Below, one piece after another: positions 45,164-55,289 of a stretch of 64,000 nt of DNA (position 1 is the stretch's first letter; each line of letters begins with the position of its first letter). Below the pieces are notes generated by a model. That model searched no databases, had not been told where the DNA came from, and saw only the letters and a list, made by a program, of their open reading frames with translations. Made by a program: the position numbers and the translations under genes. This DNA comes from a virus. The stretch is from the IMG/VR virus record IMGVR_UViG_3300013132_000021. One strand, written 5' to 3'.

Positions 45164-46267
45164 TTATGCTTGATTTCCTGGACCTGAAGGGAAGTCTCCT
45201 ACCAAGGGTCTTTGGGTTGCTGAGGTAGAAGGTGAACGATTAGCACTTTTAGGAAACACAGCGCCTACTACTCCACCTACGGTGCTGATAGCTGAGGAAA
45301 TATTACCCGGATTGCTGAGTATATTAATAGCTTCAGATTTTAATTGTGCCGATGACAATGACTTGATATTTTTATAGGTGTTGATTGACGCTATTGCTGT
45401 GCTGAGAAATCCGCCCGGACTGTTGAAGGCTGCACCTGATCCTAGATTACCAAATATCTGTTCAAGGCCATCTAATACCCCACCTTCTCCGGTAAGTGTA
45501 GCAACGCCGCCGCCTGCTACTGATATAGGACTTGGTACTGAATCATAGTGCAGTGTTGCAAATCCTTTAGGACTATTATAGGCTACCTGACCTGCTGAAT
45601 ATTTCACTGATTCATACTCTAAAGTCATTGTGCTTTCTGCGAATTCGCTAGCAGAGTAATCCATGTTGCCATGGCTCCAAGTTTTAATTTTTGGATTAAT
45701 CAATGTATAGCCCAGAAATCTTCTACGAGCCATAGTATAGATACTAACAGATTTAAAAAAACCAGCGGTAACGTTGTTGTCCATACCATATCGAAAATTA
45801 TCTTTTGGTGTATCAGCTGCACGATATTTGGTTTCAGAGTAAGCTGATTCTGGAAGTTGTCTATCGGCAATATAATATCCATAGTACACAGCCCACATGG
45901 CACTGATAACTCCGGTAGCATCATCATGCATGGTGATGTTTACTGGTTCGTAATTGAAATTTTTATAGATTATTTTTTTTCTATTGTACTGGTTTTTTAC
46001 CACACTATCAAAATTATATTTGGGCAGTTCTGCAGTTTTTACAAGTAATCCAACTTCATCGTGATGTTTATTAGAAAATGCTGGAACTCGCATCACACTT
46101 TTATCAATCTCAAATCTCACATAGTAGTTGAACTTGGTGCGAGGAGCCAGCCGCATGTTGCCATCTATGAACAGCTTGGTAGCGTGACGCCAGTTTGCGC
46201 TCTGTCCTTTGGGAGTCAATAAGCCTTCGCCGACACCAGTGAGAAATCGTGTGAAATAGTTTGCCAT
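45164..46267 (-). CDS. tail tube-fold baseplate junction protein (gp48/gp54-like)
   Basis: LVKTAELP..NQYNRK..YEPVNITMHDD..MTLEYE tube fold plus Gly/Ser-rich tail. Confidence 0.65.
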   Translation of the reverse strand: MANYFTRFLTGVGEGLLTPKGQSANWRHATKLFIDGNMRLAPRTKFNYYVRFEIDKSVMRVPAFSNKHHDEVGLLVKTAELPKYNFDSVVKNQYNRKKIIYKNFNYEPVNITMHDDATGVISAMWAVYYGYYIADRQLPESAYSETKYRAADTPKDNFRYGMDNNVTAGFFKSVSIYTMARRRFLGYTLINPKIKTWSHGNMDYSASEFAESTMTLEYESVKYSAGQVAYNSPKGFATLHYDSVPSPISVAGGGVATLTGEGGVLDGLEQIFGNLGSGAAFNSPGGFLSTAIASINTYKNIKSLSSAQLKSEAINILSNPGNISSAISTVGGVVGAVFPKSANRSPSTSATQRPLVGDFPSGPGNQA

Positions 46268-46284
46268 ACAAATATTTATGTCAC

Positions 46285-46315
46285 AAAAAAAGCTCGAAAT
46301 AATCGAGCTTTTTTT
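46285..46315. terminator. rho-independent terminator after tail tube
   Basis: AAAAAAAGCTCGA-aataa-TCGAGCTTTTTTT. Confidence 0.9.
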
Positions 46316-46328
46316 GATACAGGGTTAA

Positions 46329-46979
46329 TTATCCCTGTGCGGTTGAAGCGCCTGTTACGGCTGCACCTAAAGTACGTCCTACTGCTGCACCGATACCACC
46401 AATTGCACTTGTAGCTGCTGCACCTGCTGCAAACTGTGATAGATTGTCGTAGGCGATAATCAGTGCCACTGTCATGTGTTCATTGGTTGAATAGTTGGCT
46501 TCGCCGTAGTCTGCGTTCTGCACAAAACATCCATAGAGTTCAAATGTTTCTAGAGTTTCTGGAACTAGTGTGCCGTTACCACCGTCTAAGACTTCTATGC
46601 GTGTGGTAAATTTGTAGTCGATACCTGAACGAGCGGACGCCTGTTCCATGAAATCGTATTGTTTCTGGATCTGTTGTCCCACAAGTTTTTGTACTTGACC
46701 ACTGGCGTCATCACGCAAGGTCAATGTGATGTTTTCTAGTGTGTATCTGCCAGCCAACTTGACCTTGGAGTTATAGACATCCAGCGTCATTTCTTCAAAT
46801 GACACTTTGGGTCTGGTCACGTCCTGTACCTGCTTGGTAAGTTCTGTGGCAGCGGCAACTCCAAAACCCAACAGTGTTACTCTAAAGCGATATTTTAATT
46901 TAGGCATCAACAACACCTGGGTGCTGCCAGCTGCGTTTGTGGTTGGGATACCTAAATTATTCAGTGATGTAATTGCCAT
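46329..46979 (-). CDS. gp19: tail tube protein, gp19-like
   Basis: PKLKYRFRV, VTRPK, ITLTLRDD, FELYGCF, IAYDN; directly downstream of the sheath. Confidence 0.85.
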   Translation of the reverse strand: MAITSLNNLGIPTTNAAGSTQVLLMPKLKYRFRVTLLGFGVAAATELTKQVQDVTRPKVSFEEMTLDVYNSKVKLAGRYTLENITLTLRDDASGQVQKLVGQQIQKQYDFMEQASARSGIDYKFTTRIEVLDGGNGTLVPETLETFELYGCFVQNADYGEANYSTNEHMTVALIIAYDNLSQFAAGAAATSAIGGIGAAVGRTLGAAVTGASTAQG

Positions 46980-46981
46980 TT

Positions 46982-49900
46982 TTAAATTTCTCCTGTGTTC
47001 TTGACACGTAACGGAATGTAAATGAACTCTATAGCCTTCACAGGTTCAATTGCGATATCAACATACAGTTCGTTGCGATCTATCCTTGACGGTGTGTTGT
47101 TACTTTCGTCACAGACAACCGCAAAGTCGTAGAGTGCTCTTAGTCCTACTAGTTCTAACAACAGACTTTCTACAGCTTGTTTGATTTCATCACGTGTGAT
47201 TTTGTCATTGGGTTCAAAGATATACGGACGAGCCAACTTGTTCAATTGACTACGTAGGTATACCACTAGACGTGCTACGTTGATGCGATCCAACGCTGAA
47301 GCATTTCTTGCGCGAGTCTTTTGACCATGTGCTACCAGTCCTATTCCGTTGAAGAATGGAATAGGATTAACTTTTAGATCGTACAGTGTATCACGCTGTC
47401 CTTCATTTAGCGCAACTGTTTGAAACTCGCCTGTGGCAGCGTCAATATAACCAACTGCTGTGGCATTAGTGATTCCACCTCGACGTGTTCCTGCCGGAGC
47501 AAACCATGGGAAGCTGACATTGTCGCTGAGTGTGATAGTCTTCAACATCATATGGCTGGCTGGAACTACTGCAGGTGCCCCAGCGAGGTCAGTGGTAAAT
47601 CCGTTTGGATAATAAACTGCCAAATACTCATCATAGGTAACAATACCGTCATCACCGTTGTCTGTGACTAGATTAGCATTGGTACCCCATGTGGTCAATG
47701 ATGTAGCATCTGAAGCCAAACGCAACGGAGTGTCGCCTACCACAAACGCAGTAACACCGCGATCTATATTTAGGTTCACTAGATTGCTCAACAGTTCTGG
47801 ATAACCAGGAGCAGCTATAATATTGAAGTTACGACGTTCTTCGTCACGTATCTCTTGGCTGGTGTCAACCACACTCTTCAAGGCCTGTGTTACTACCTTG
47901 CGCTGTGCTTTGCGACCAAACGAGCCTGAACCATCTTCATTGTTACCTGAAGCTGTGGTCCAACGGTCTGTAGCATAAGTTTCCATGCTTTGTCCGCTGC
48001 CGCTGACGAATGCTGAACCCGACAGCGTAGCTGCGCTGGTTCTTGGATTGTCAGCAGTGGTATCAATGTAGTTGTTTTGATACTGTTTGACATTGCCTCC
48101 ACTGCGTCGTAGATTCCATAACAATATGCCTTTGGGATATAGTGCAGGATCCGGAGCATCTGGATCTAAGAAGTTGTTGGTAATTAGATCTTCTATGGTG
48201 CTGGCCTCTGTTGAAGTACCTGCGGTATTCCAACGTGCATCTGCAAACAACACACCTTCTTCTGTGGTCTGATCTGCTTTGTCTACCAGTTCCCAACGCT
48301 GTGAAAGATCAGCTATGTCACTTAGATTAGTGTTGTATCTGTAAATGGTTGGATAATTTTCAAGGTCTGCTGTGCTGATCCATATATCACCATTGGCTGT
48401 GACGCCGCTCTTGTACGGATTTGAAGCTGCGACTATAGGCAGGTATCCTGCTCTTAGTGTTGCTGTAGCTGCCTCATAGTAAGGTGCTGTGGAATGACGA
48501 TATCCTACCCAGGTGTTGCCGTTGTGTACCATTAGATCTACTTCTGAGAAATTAGGATTGTACCATAACTGTCCGTCTTGTGGTTCGTTTAATGGTTCAT
48601 CACCAGAAGCAGCGAATCTCGGATCTGTGGCTGCCAGTGGTTTCCAACCAGATGCTAAGTATCCGCCTACTGCAGATTGTGCTTCGTAGAAGTTTTCTGT
48701 ACCTGCCAAGGTATCTATGTTGTAGGCAGTGAACATACTAGCAACTGCTGTGCCAGAACTATCTGCTAGCCTAAAATCACCACCCAGTGTATGACTGATA
48801 ACAACTCTATTTGACGTGGCACTAACTTCTGTTACTGAAGCCACAATGTTTGTGAATCCTGCTGCGTTGATAGCTGCCGCTATAAGATCTGCATCTGCGC
48901 TGGTACCTACAGCGGTAAATGAAATGTTTTTAGCTGTGTCTAGTGCCAACGTGGTCTTTAATGATTCGCTGATAGTAAATGTTTTAGCACCTGCTGAAAT
49001 CGTGCCGGCTTTGATAATGTTACTAGTGATGCTGGTAGCTGCACCAACACCAATGTTTCTACGCCACAGTCTAAATGTCACTGTGGTAGGAGTCGTATCA
49101 AATCCTGATGTTTCTTTGGCATTGGCCTGTGTGAACAATGAATTTTCTGCAATGCCTGCGCCACCGCCGCTGCGATCTAGATAAAATAAGGCTGCTGCGG
49201 TGTCGTCATATATTGGTGCTTCGTAGCTGACCCACGATAGTGTAGCTGAACTCCAACGCTTGGCTCTCCAACGAGCACCATTGTTAGGTTCTGTGGTTTT
49301 GATCCATACACTGCCTGTTGCTGCGCCGCCAACTGTATCTGTGTTTTCACTACGTTTGTAGCTAGGTATAGATGTATGAGGCTGCTGTGCTAGCCGTGGG
49401 CTTAGATATACGCCTGCTGTGATACCTAGTGCGCTGAGAGCCGTGGTTCCGTCCTCAAGTAGAACACGACCGTCTGGGCCTGATGAATCACCAGGGGTGC
49501 CATCAGCTGCTGAACGACCATCGGAATAGATATACAATCTGCCACTAATAGCCTGTGCATTTACACCTTGGATATTCGCTGCATTAATAGCTGTGGCTAT
49601 AGCTGCAGTAGTTCCTGAACCGCTGATTAGACTGTTGTTGACATAAAAATTGTAAGTGACTGACCCACTGACTGCTGTACCGTTAACCACTGGCCAGCTG
49701 GCCGACCATTCGTTAGAACCTACTAGTACCCATTCGCCTGCATCGACACCAGTTCCGCCGCCACCAATTCCACCGTTACCTGCTGATTTATAATAGATCC
49801 TTGCATATTCTTCTTCTGCACCAAATGAAGTGTCACCTTCTACTGTGCGGAAAACCACAGCATAGTCACCTATCTGACCTACCGCTGCTTTCGGCGCATT

Positions 49901-50443
49901 GCCATCGATCTTCGATGGAAAATCTGCGTCTGTTAATACTAGTGGAACTTTGTATGTGAATTTTTGTCCGCCTGCTACTGTAGCAGCAGCACCGTTCCAT
50001 TCTTGAATACCCCAGGTTGTGGCCTGTGTATCAATCCACCACTGGCCGTTCGTGGGATTCGCTCCCGGGGCGTCAGTCTGTGCTTCTAGTTCATCTAGAT
50101 CAATATCTGCTCTTACAATAAAAGCAGCGTTGCTTACACCTAATAAACTGTAGGCTGTAAGCAGTCCGTATTCGTTGCGCTCTGAACCATGTACAGGAGT
50201 AGCACTGGCTGTTTTCTCAAAGAATGGAACACCAAATGTTTCTGTTAGTTCTCGCTGGCTGGTTATCTTAAAGGCCTTGCCAGCATTGGCCGCTGTGGTA
50301 CCTAATGCAGTGCCTGTGCCTGCACCATTGGTTTTATCTTGCGCTGTTGCTACTACGATAAGAGGTGTGGTACCAGGTTCTGCTGGTGTATAAAAACTCT
50401 CGTCGATTACCGTAACTTCTACGCCTGGTGATTGTAGTGCCAT
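46982..50443 (-). CDS. gp18: tail sheath protein, gp18-like
   Basis: MALQSPGVEVTVIDES, WFAPAGTRRG, LDRINVARL, FEPND, PVKAIEFIYI; AGGAG RBS. Confidence 0.95.
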   Translation of the reverse strand: MALQSPGVEVTVIDESFYTPAEPGTTPLIVVATAQDKTNGAGTGTALGTTAANAGKAFKITSQRELTETFGVPFFEKTASATPVHGSERNEYGLLTAYSLLGVSNAAFIVRADIDLDELEAQTDAPGANPTNGQWWIDTQATTWGIQEWNGAAATVAGGQKFTYKVPLVLTDADFPSKIDGNAPKAAVGQIGDYAVVFRTVEGDTSFGAEEEYARIYYKSAGNGGIGGGGTGVDAGEWVLVGSNEWSASWPVVNGTAVSGSVTYNFYVNNSLISGSGTTAAIATAINAANIQGVNAQAISGRLYIYSDGRSAADGTPGDSSGPDGRVLLEDGTTALSALGITAGVYLSPRLAQQPHTSIPSYKRSENTDTVGGAATGSVWIKTTEPNNGARWRAKRWSSATLSWVSYEAPIYDDTAAALFYLDRSGGGAGIAENSLFTQANAKETSGFDTTPTTVTFRLWRRNIGVGAATSITSNIIKAGTISAGAKTFTISESLKTTLALDTAKNISFTAVGTSADADLIAAAINAAGFTNIVASVTEVSATSNRVVISHTLGGDFRLADSSGTAVASMFTAYNIDTLAGTENFYEAQSAVGGYLASGWKPLAATDPRFAASGDEPLNEPQDGQLWYNPNFSEVDLMVHNGNTWVGYRHSTAPYYEAATATLRAGYLPIVAASNPYKSGVTANGDIWISTADLENYPTIYRYNTNLSDIADLSQRWELVDKADQTTEEGVLFADARWNTAGTSTEASTIEDLITNNFLDPDAPDPALYPKGILLWNLRRSGGNVKQYQNNYIDTTADNPRTSAATLSGSAFVSGSGQSMETYATDRWTTASGNNEDGSGSFGRKAQRKVVTQALKSVVDTSQEIRDEERRNFNIIAAPGYPELLSNLVNLNIDRGVTAFVVGDTPLRLASDATSLTTWGTNANLVTDNGDDGIVTYDEYLAVYYPNGFTTDLAGAPAVVPASHMMLKTITLSDNVSFPWFAPAGTRRGGITNATAVGYIDAATGEFQTVALNEGQRDTLYDLKVNPIPFFNGIGLVAHGQKTRARNASALDRINVARLVVYLRSQLNKLARPYIFEPNDKITRDEIKQAVESLLLELVGLRALYDFAVVCDESNNTPSRIDRNELYVDIAIEPVKAIEFIYIPLRVKNTGEI

Positions 50444-50556
50444 CCCATTTTCTCCTGGTAATAGTTGCTCATAATATTTAGCCGCCAAGTGTAAAAATGG
50501 ATGGTTAATATCAGGATAAAAGGGGTGGAAAAGGTATAGATACGTTAAATATCTTT

Positions 50557-50892
50557 ATGAGACCAATGTGTAAGTGTGGTGTAAGGCCATGTGCTGTGAA
50601 CTACAAGAAAAATTCCAAGACCTACTACAGAAGTCTTTGTGAAATATGCATGGCACACGGTGTATACACAGGAGTACCTAGATGGTTACGCAGCGGCTAC
50701 AAGATGAAATCGCAGTGTGAGAAATGCGGCTTTAGGTCACCGCACGTAGAAGTATTCAGAGTATTTCACATAGACAGTAATCTAGACAACTGCCGTCCTG
50801 CGAATCTCAAAACCATATGCCTAAACTGTGCTGGCGTTCTGAGCAAAGAGGGAATTGCTTGGAGACAGGGAGATCTCGTTGCTGATTATTGA
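50557..50892 (+). CDS. Zn-finger/HNH-like protein
   Basis: CKC..C, CEIC, CEKC, VFHIDSNLDN...NLKTICLNC. Confidence 0.7.
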   Translation: MRPMCKCGVRPCAVNYKKNSKTYYRSLCEICMAHGVYTGVPRWLRSGYKMKSQCEKCGFRSPHVEVFRVFHIDSNLDNCRPANLKTICLNCAGVLSKEGIAWRQGDLVADY

Positions 50893-51492
50893 TCTCACCG
50901 TGTCGTAGAGCTCGTCTATGCTGTGATCGTTAATCAAAACATGATCAAATTCTGTGCCTACCCAAGCAGTTTCCGAAGCATGTATCTTACGCATTTTGAG
51001 ATCCTGATGTGCCCAATTGTAGCCTTGATTAGCTGCCACAGCGGTATCATACCACTCAGGTAACTTACCACGTTTTACCCAGATGATTCTGCCACCTGCA
51101 TTGCGTATGCTGGCAATTTCATTAGGGAAACGACAGTCACTGATTACCACATGATCCTGTGAATTGCGCAGTTTGTTTTCCAAGCTGGCGATCCATATGT
51201 CGTCATGAAATGCTTTGCGACAGACTTCTGTACCCCAGTATTGCAGCACCCACCGCGGAGTCAGTGTAGGCATGTCTAGTCTTTCTGCCCACCATGGATC
51301 TACCTGTTCGCGCCATTCACGTGCCTGTGCTGTGCGACCTTCTAACAGTGTCCGGTCCCATCCAAACACTGCGCTGACAGCATCTTTTAGAGTGCTGGCG
51401 AAAGACTCGCGTCTAAATTCGTGGAAGTTAACTAGATAGTCAGCGACTGTGTCTTTGCCGCTGCCAATGAATCCGCAAATACCTATAATCAT
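50821..51492 (-). CDS. gp1: deoxynucleoside monophosphate kinase, gp1-like
   Basis: GFIGSGKDT, SFASTLKD, PRWVLQYWGTE, ISDCRFPNE, HASE. Confidence 0.92.
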   Translation of the reverse strand: MIIGICGFIGSGKDTVADYLVNFHEFRRESFASTLKDAVSAVFGWDRTLLEGRTAQAREWREQVDPWWAERLDMPTLTPRWVLQYWGTEVCRKAFHDDIWIASLENKLRNSQDHVVISDCRFPNEIASIRNAGGRIIWVKRGKLPEWYDTAVAANQGYNWAHQDLKMRKIHASETAWVGTEFDHVLINDHSIDELYDTVRSIISNEISLSPSNSLFAQNASTV

Positions 51493-51542
51493 AATATCCT
51501 CCGATTAAGGATATTATAGCATAAGAGATTTTATAAGGTCAA
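51491..51542 (-). promoter_or_regulatory. sigma70 promoter overlapping an RBS-sequestering hairpin
   Basis: TTGACC-18-TATAAT; ATAATATCCT/AGGATATTAT 10-bp stem covers GGAGG and the start codon. Confidence 0.7.
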
Positions 51543-52297
51543 CCGGTGATCCAGGTATAGCCAGAACCGCCCGGAACCAATTTCATCAAATCGTCTGTGA
51601 GTTTTTCCATTTCGGCCTGAGCTTCAGTTTTCATAGCAGCACCGTTAAGACTGGATCCGCCCTGGGGTCCTGCGATCTGCGCGAATTTTTCACGAGCTTG
51701 TCCTAGCATCATTTTACAATTAGCTAGACTGTAATCTTTAATCCACTGCCCAGAATAAACATCATCGACGATCGCGAAATCGGGTTTGGTATTGTATACC
51801 TGTAACATCACCGACTCTTCACCTCTAGGACGTTGATGAATGACTAACTTATGAGATTGAGGATGATAAGTGAAATTAATAAAACTACCAAACATTTTAC
51901 CCACTAGTTCTTGATACTGCGCAAAAAGTTCATAGGTCAATAAACCGCCCATGTTAGTCGAGCTTAACAGATAGGTATTGGAATAGGCTAAATTGAATGG
52001 TTCAAACACCGTTCCACCTGTGCCATTGCCCGTTCTAGATCCCACTGAACGACGGAATATCTGTCTGACCTGTTGTATTTCTTTGGGTAGGATGTATTCG
52101 TTGTTGCTTTCAGTTAGTGTGAGAAAACAATAACTTTCCTCTACAGCGTTATCACTGCGCTGCCTAAACACAGCGAGGCTGCGATTCAGTGCAGTTTCGT
52201 AATGTATAGGATCTAGTTCTATGTCGATCATGCCGTCGCCCAGCATGGCCTTGCAGTAGTCAAAAACCTGTTGTTTTGCTTGATCAGTTGTGCTCAT
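51539..52297 (-). CDS. gp13: neck protein, gp13-like
   Basis: LGDGMIDIEL, WIKDYSLA..K.MLG..REKF..I.GP.GG..LNG; start MSTTD after TAAATA. Confidence 0.85.
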   Translation of the reverse strand: MSTTDQAKQQVFDYCKAMLGDGMIDIELDPIHYETALNRSLAVFRQRSDNAVEESYCFLTLTESNNEYILPKEIQQVRQIFRRSVGSRTGNGTGGTVFEPFNLAYSNTYLLSSTNMGGLLTYELFAQYQELVGKMFGSFINFTYHPQSHKLVIHQRPRGEESVMLQVYNTKPDFAIVDDVYSGQWIKDYSLANCKMMLGQAREKFAQIAGPQGGSSLNGAAMKTEAQAEMEKLTDDLMKLVPGGSGYTWITG

Positions 52298-52331
52298 GAT
52301 AGTATTTATCGGTAGCGGTAAATATATGACC

Positions 52332-53723
52332 ATGCCAAGACTAAGTTTATACAGGCCCCAAAAGGGCAATGATTACCGATTTATAGATAAAACCATCTGG
52401 GAAATGTTCCAGGTTGGCGGCACGGATGTGCTGGTGCACAAATATCTTGGGCCCGATACCGCTGTGCAGGGCAATACTCCCTCGACGCCCACATACAACA
52501 CAGACGACCCTTTCAACATACAGGATCTATTGTTCTTAGAAAATCGTGATCGCAAATATGATCCAGACATTTACCTGCTCAGGGGTGTATATAATCTTTC
52601 AGACATAGATTTTAATCTCAGCCAATTTGGACTGTTTCTACAGAATGACACTATTTTCATCACCTTCCATATCACAGACACTGTGGAAAAAATTGGTCGT
52701 AAAATCATAGCAGGGGATGTGATAGAACTGCCGCATCTCACTGACGAGTATGCTCTGAATGATCTGCAGTATGCATTGAAAAGATTCTATGTCATTGAAG
52801 AAGTTTCTAGAGCTGCCGAAGGATTTTCTGTCACCTGGTATCCACATCTGTATCGAGCCAAATGCAAACCATTGGTAGACAGCCAAGAATACAAACAGAT
52901 CTTAGATGGTATCGCCAACACAGATGCAGACAAGGGAACCTATAATGCAAATATCACATACTATCCCGGTGATATTGTTACTGGTGCCGATGGTAAGAAG
53001 TATGAAGTCGTTCAAGAAGTCACCGGAACTGCACCACCTAATGTAACCTACTATGCAATAGCAGACACGCTGAAAGATATCATCTCGACCTACAACAAAG
53101 AAATGCAGATCACTTCGGCTGTGTTAAATCAAGCAGAAGCAGACGCTCCTAAGAGTGGTTATGATACCAGCAAGTTCTATACCTTACAGAGAACAGACGA
53201 CGGTACTGCCGAAATAGCATCAACAGATGCCTCTGCTGTGACCGTAGATGCTGAGACACAGGCCACTGACATAGATGGCACACCGTTGTTTGATGCAGAC
53301 GGCAATCCTGTTTACGTAGGACAAACTGCTAGTTCTGTATTGATGCCCGCAGACGGCGACGGATATAATGGATACCTCACTCGTGATGGTGTGCCTCCCA
53401 ACGGTGCTCCGTTTACCGCAGGCATTGCATTTCCTATTAACCCCACTGTGGGACAGTTTGCACTCAGAACAGATTACTTGCCTAATAGACTATTCAGATT
53501 CGACGGATCTAGATGGCGCAAATTTGAGGACAATGTACGTATGACTATGAACAATCTCGGTGCTAGTGATGTGGGTGCAGGTGACACTTATGCTGGCAAA
53601 GATATTCGCCAGACACAAAAGGCCACATTCGTAAACAACACCACAGTAACTACCATAGATGGTCATGTGACTGAAGAAAAACAAAGCCTTACCAAGGCAC
53701 TTAGACCACAGGCGGACGAATAA
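52332..53723 (+). CDS. gp14: neck protein gp14-like, with insertions
   Basis: DLLFLENRDRKYD, LSQFGLFL, GDVIELPH; divergent from gp13, upstream of gp15. Confidence 0.75.
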   Translation: MPRLSLYRPQKGNDYRFIDKTIWEMFQVGGTDVLVHKYLGPDTAVQGNTPSTPTYNTDDPFNIQDLLFLENRDRKYDPDIYLLRGVYNLSDIDFNLSQFGLFLQNDTIFITFHITDTVEKIGRKIIAGDVIELPHLTDEYALNDLQYALKRFYVIEEVSRAAEGFSVTWYPHLYRAKCKPLVDSQEYKQILDGIANTDADKGTYNANITYYPGDIVTGADGKKYEVVQEVTGTAPPNVTYYAIADTLKDIISTYNKEMQITSAVLNQAEADAPKSGYDTSKFYTLQRTDDGTAEIASTDASAVTVDAETQATDIDGTPLFDADGNPVYVGQTASSVLMPADGDGYNGYLTRDGVPPNGAPFTAGIAFPINPTVGQFALRTDYLPNRLFRFDGSRWRKFEDNVRMTMNNLGASDVGAGDTYAGKDIRQTQKATFVNNTTVTTIDGHVTEEKQSLTKALRPQADE

Positions 53724-55276
53724 TGGATTTTTTCTATGATGGGCAAATAAGGCGCTATGTCACGCAGTTCATGCGTGTGTTCATAGGTTTCAAATACAAA
53801 GCAGGCAATGGTGATGAGATCAGTGTGCCTGTGAGCTATGGTGACATGACTCGCCAGGTAGCTGCTATCATAAAAGAAAATTCAGAAAATAAAATGCCGT
53901 CTGTGCCCAAGATCAGCTGTTATATCAGTGCCTTGGAAATGGATACTTCTAGGCTCAGTGATCCTACGTTTGTTTCTAAGGTGCATGTGAGAGAACGCAG
54001 ATTCACAGATGCCGGCGGAACCAGAGAGTATCAGAATGTGCAGGGCGGCAATTACACAGTAGAAAGACTTGCGCCAACACCTTTCAAGATGACCATGAAA
54101 GCGGACATATGGACTTCAAATACCGATCAAAAACTGCAACTGCTGGAACAGATCTTGGTGCTGTTTAACCCCAGTTTGGAACTGCAGACCACGGACAATT
54201 ATCTAGATTGGACCAGTCTCAGTTCACTGTATCTTACCAGCACTAATTTTACCTCAAGAACTATTCCAGCTGGCGCAGAAAGTGAAATAGATATCTGTAC
54301 CTTAGACTTTGAAATTCCAATATACATCACTGCTCCTGCAAAAGTTAAAAAATTAGGTATTGTTCAAAGTGTAATTTCAAATGTGTTTATGGAAAGCGGT
54401 GACATAGTAGATCTAGAGAGTTTGGTATACAATCGTGCCAGAGGTGCATTTACTACAACCACTAATAGATACCGTGTGCTGCTGTTCAAATCCAACACAG
54501 GTAATCTCACAGATAATCAATATGACCTAACTCTAGTAAATCCTGACTCGGCGGTGCTGTCATTGGGACTTGATCAACAGGAATATAAAAATGGCGAGCC
54601 CTTAGAATGGGATCGAATCCTAGAAGTGCAGGGCGGATACGTTCCGGGTAGCGATGTGTTTTTCCTCAAAGAGGATGACAGTGAAATCGTTGGCACGTTT
54701 GTGATCAATCCTCTAGACAGAACTGTGTTGGCTGTGACTCTAGATCCGGATACATATCCTGCTAACACAGACATAGCAAGTGCTATAGAAACTAGAGGCA
54801 CAGTAGATGCTATCATCGATCCCTACAAGTACAATCCTCTAGAAGTTTATGGTAATCATGCTGGTATTCCTGTAGGTTTGAGATTTCTAATGTTAGATGA
54901 TGTTAACAACAGTGCGAATCGTGGGGGATTCATCGAATACCCTAGTAATCCTGCAGATAGTACCAATGTGCCTTATCGCGGACCGCAGGCTTGGAGAGAC
55001 CCTAGCAACGACGATTCGTCATGGGATAACCAGGACGGCACAGATCCTATTATAAAAGCAAATTCGATTATTGAATGGACTGGAGCTACCTGGTCTACAA
55101 TATGGGATCCCGATGATAATACTTTACAAGATGCTGCTGTTGCCGGCCAAGATTTCACAGCGACCTATATCCAAAACATCCGCACAGGTATCAAATACAA
55201 ATGGGACGGCTCGCAATGGCTCAAGGCCTTTGAAGGCGAGTATGCGCCAGGACGTTGGAACTTCAGGATGGTCTGA
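53723..55276 (+). CDS. gp15: tail sheath terminator gp15-like, with C-terminal extension
   Basis: FFYDGQIRRY..QF, VPVSYG, PTPF, QLLEQILVLFNP. Confidence 0.8.
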   Translation: MDFFYDGQIRRYVTQFMRVFIGFKYKAGNGDEISVPVSYGDMTRQVAAIIKENSENKMPSVPKISCYISALEMDTSRLSDPTFVSKVHVRERRFTDAGGTREYQNVQGGNYTVERLAPTPFKMTMKADIWTSNTDQKLQLLEQILVLFNPSLELQTTDNYLDWTSLSSLYLTSTNFTSRTIPAGAESEIDICTLDFEIPIYITAPAKVKKLGIVQSVISNVFMESGDIVDLESLVYNRARGAFTTTTNRYRVLLFKSNTGNLTDNQYDLTLVNPDSAVLSLGLDQQEYKNGEPLEWDRILEVQGGYVPGSDVFFLKEDDSEIVGTFVINPLDRTVLAVTLDPDTYPANTDIASAIETRGTVDAIIDPYKYNPLEVYGNHAGIPVGLRFLMLDDVNNSANRGGFIEYPSNPADSTNVPYRGPQAWRDPSNDDSSWDNQDGTDPIIKANSIIEWTGATWSTIWDPDDNTLQDAAVAGQDFTATYIQNIRTGIKYKWDGSQWLKAFEGEYAPGRWNFRMV

Positions 55277-55289
55277 CGCTAAGTATCAC

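Noticed and set aside
50557-50892. Mobile homing endonuclease
   Set aside because: Only 111 aa, with no separate DNA-binding domain, an incomplete HNH end and its own late promoter; more likely a resident Zn-finger/HNH-like protein.
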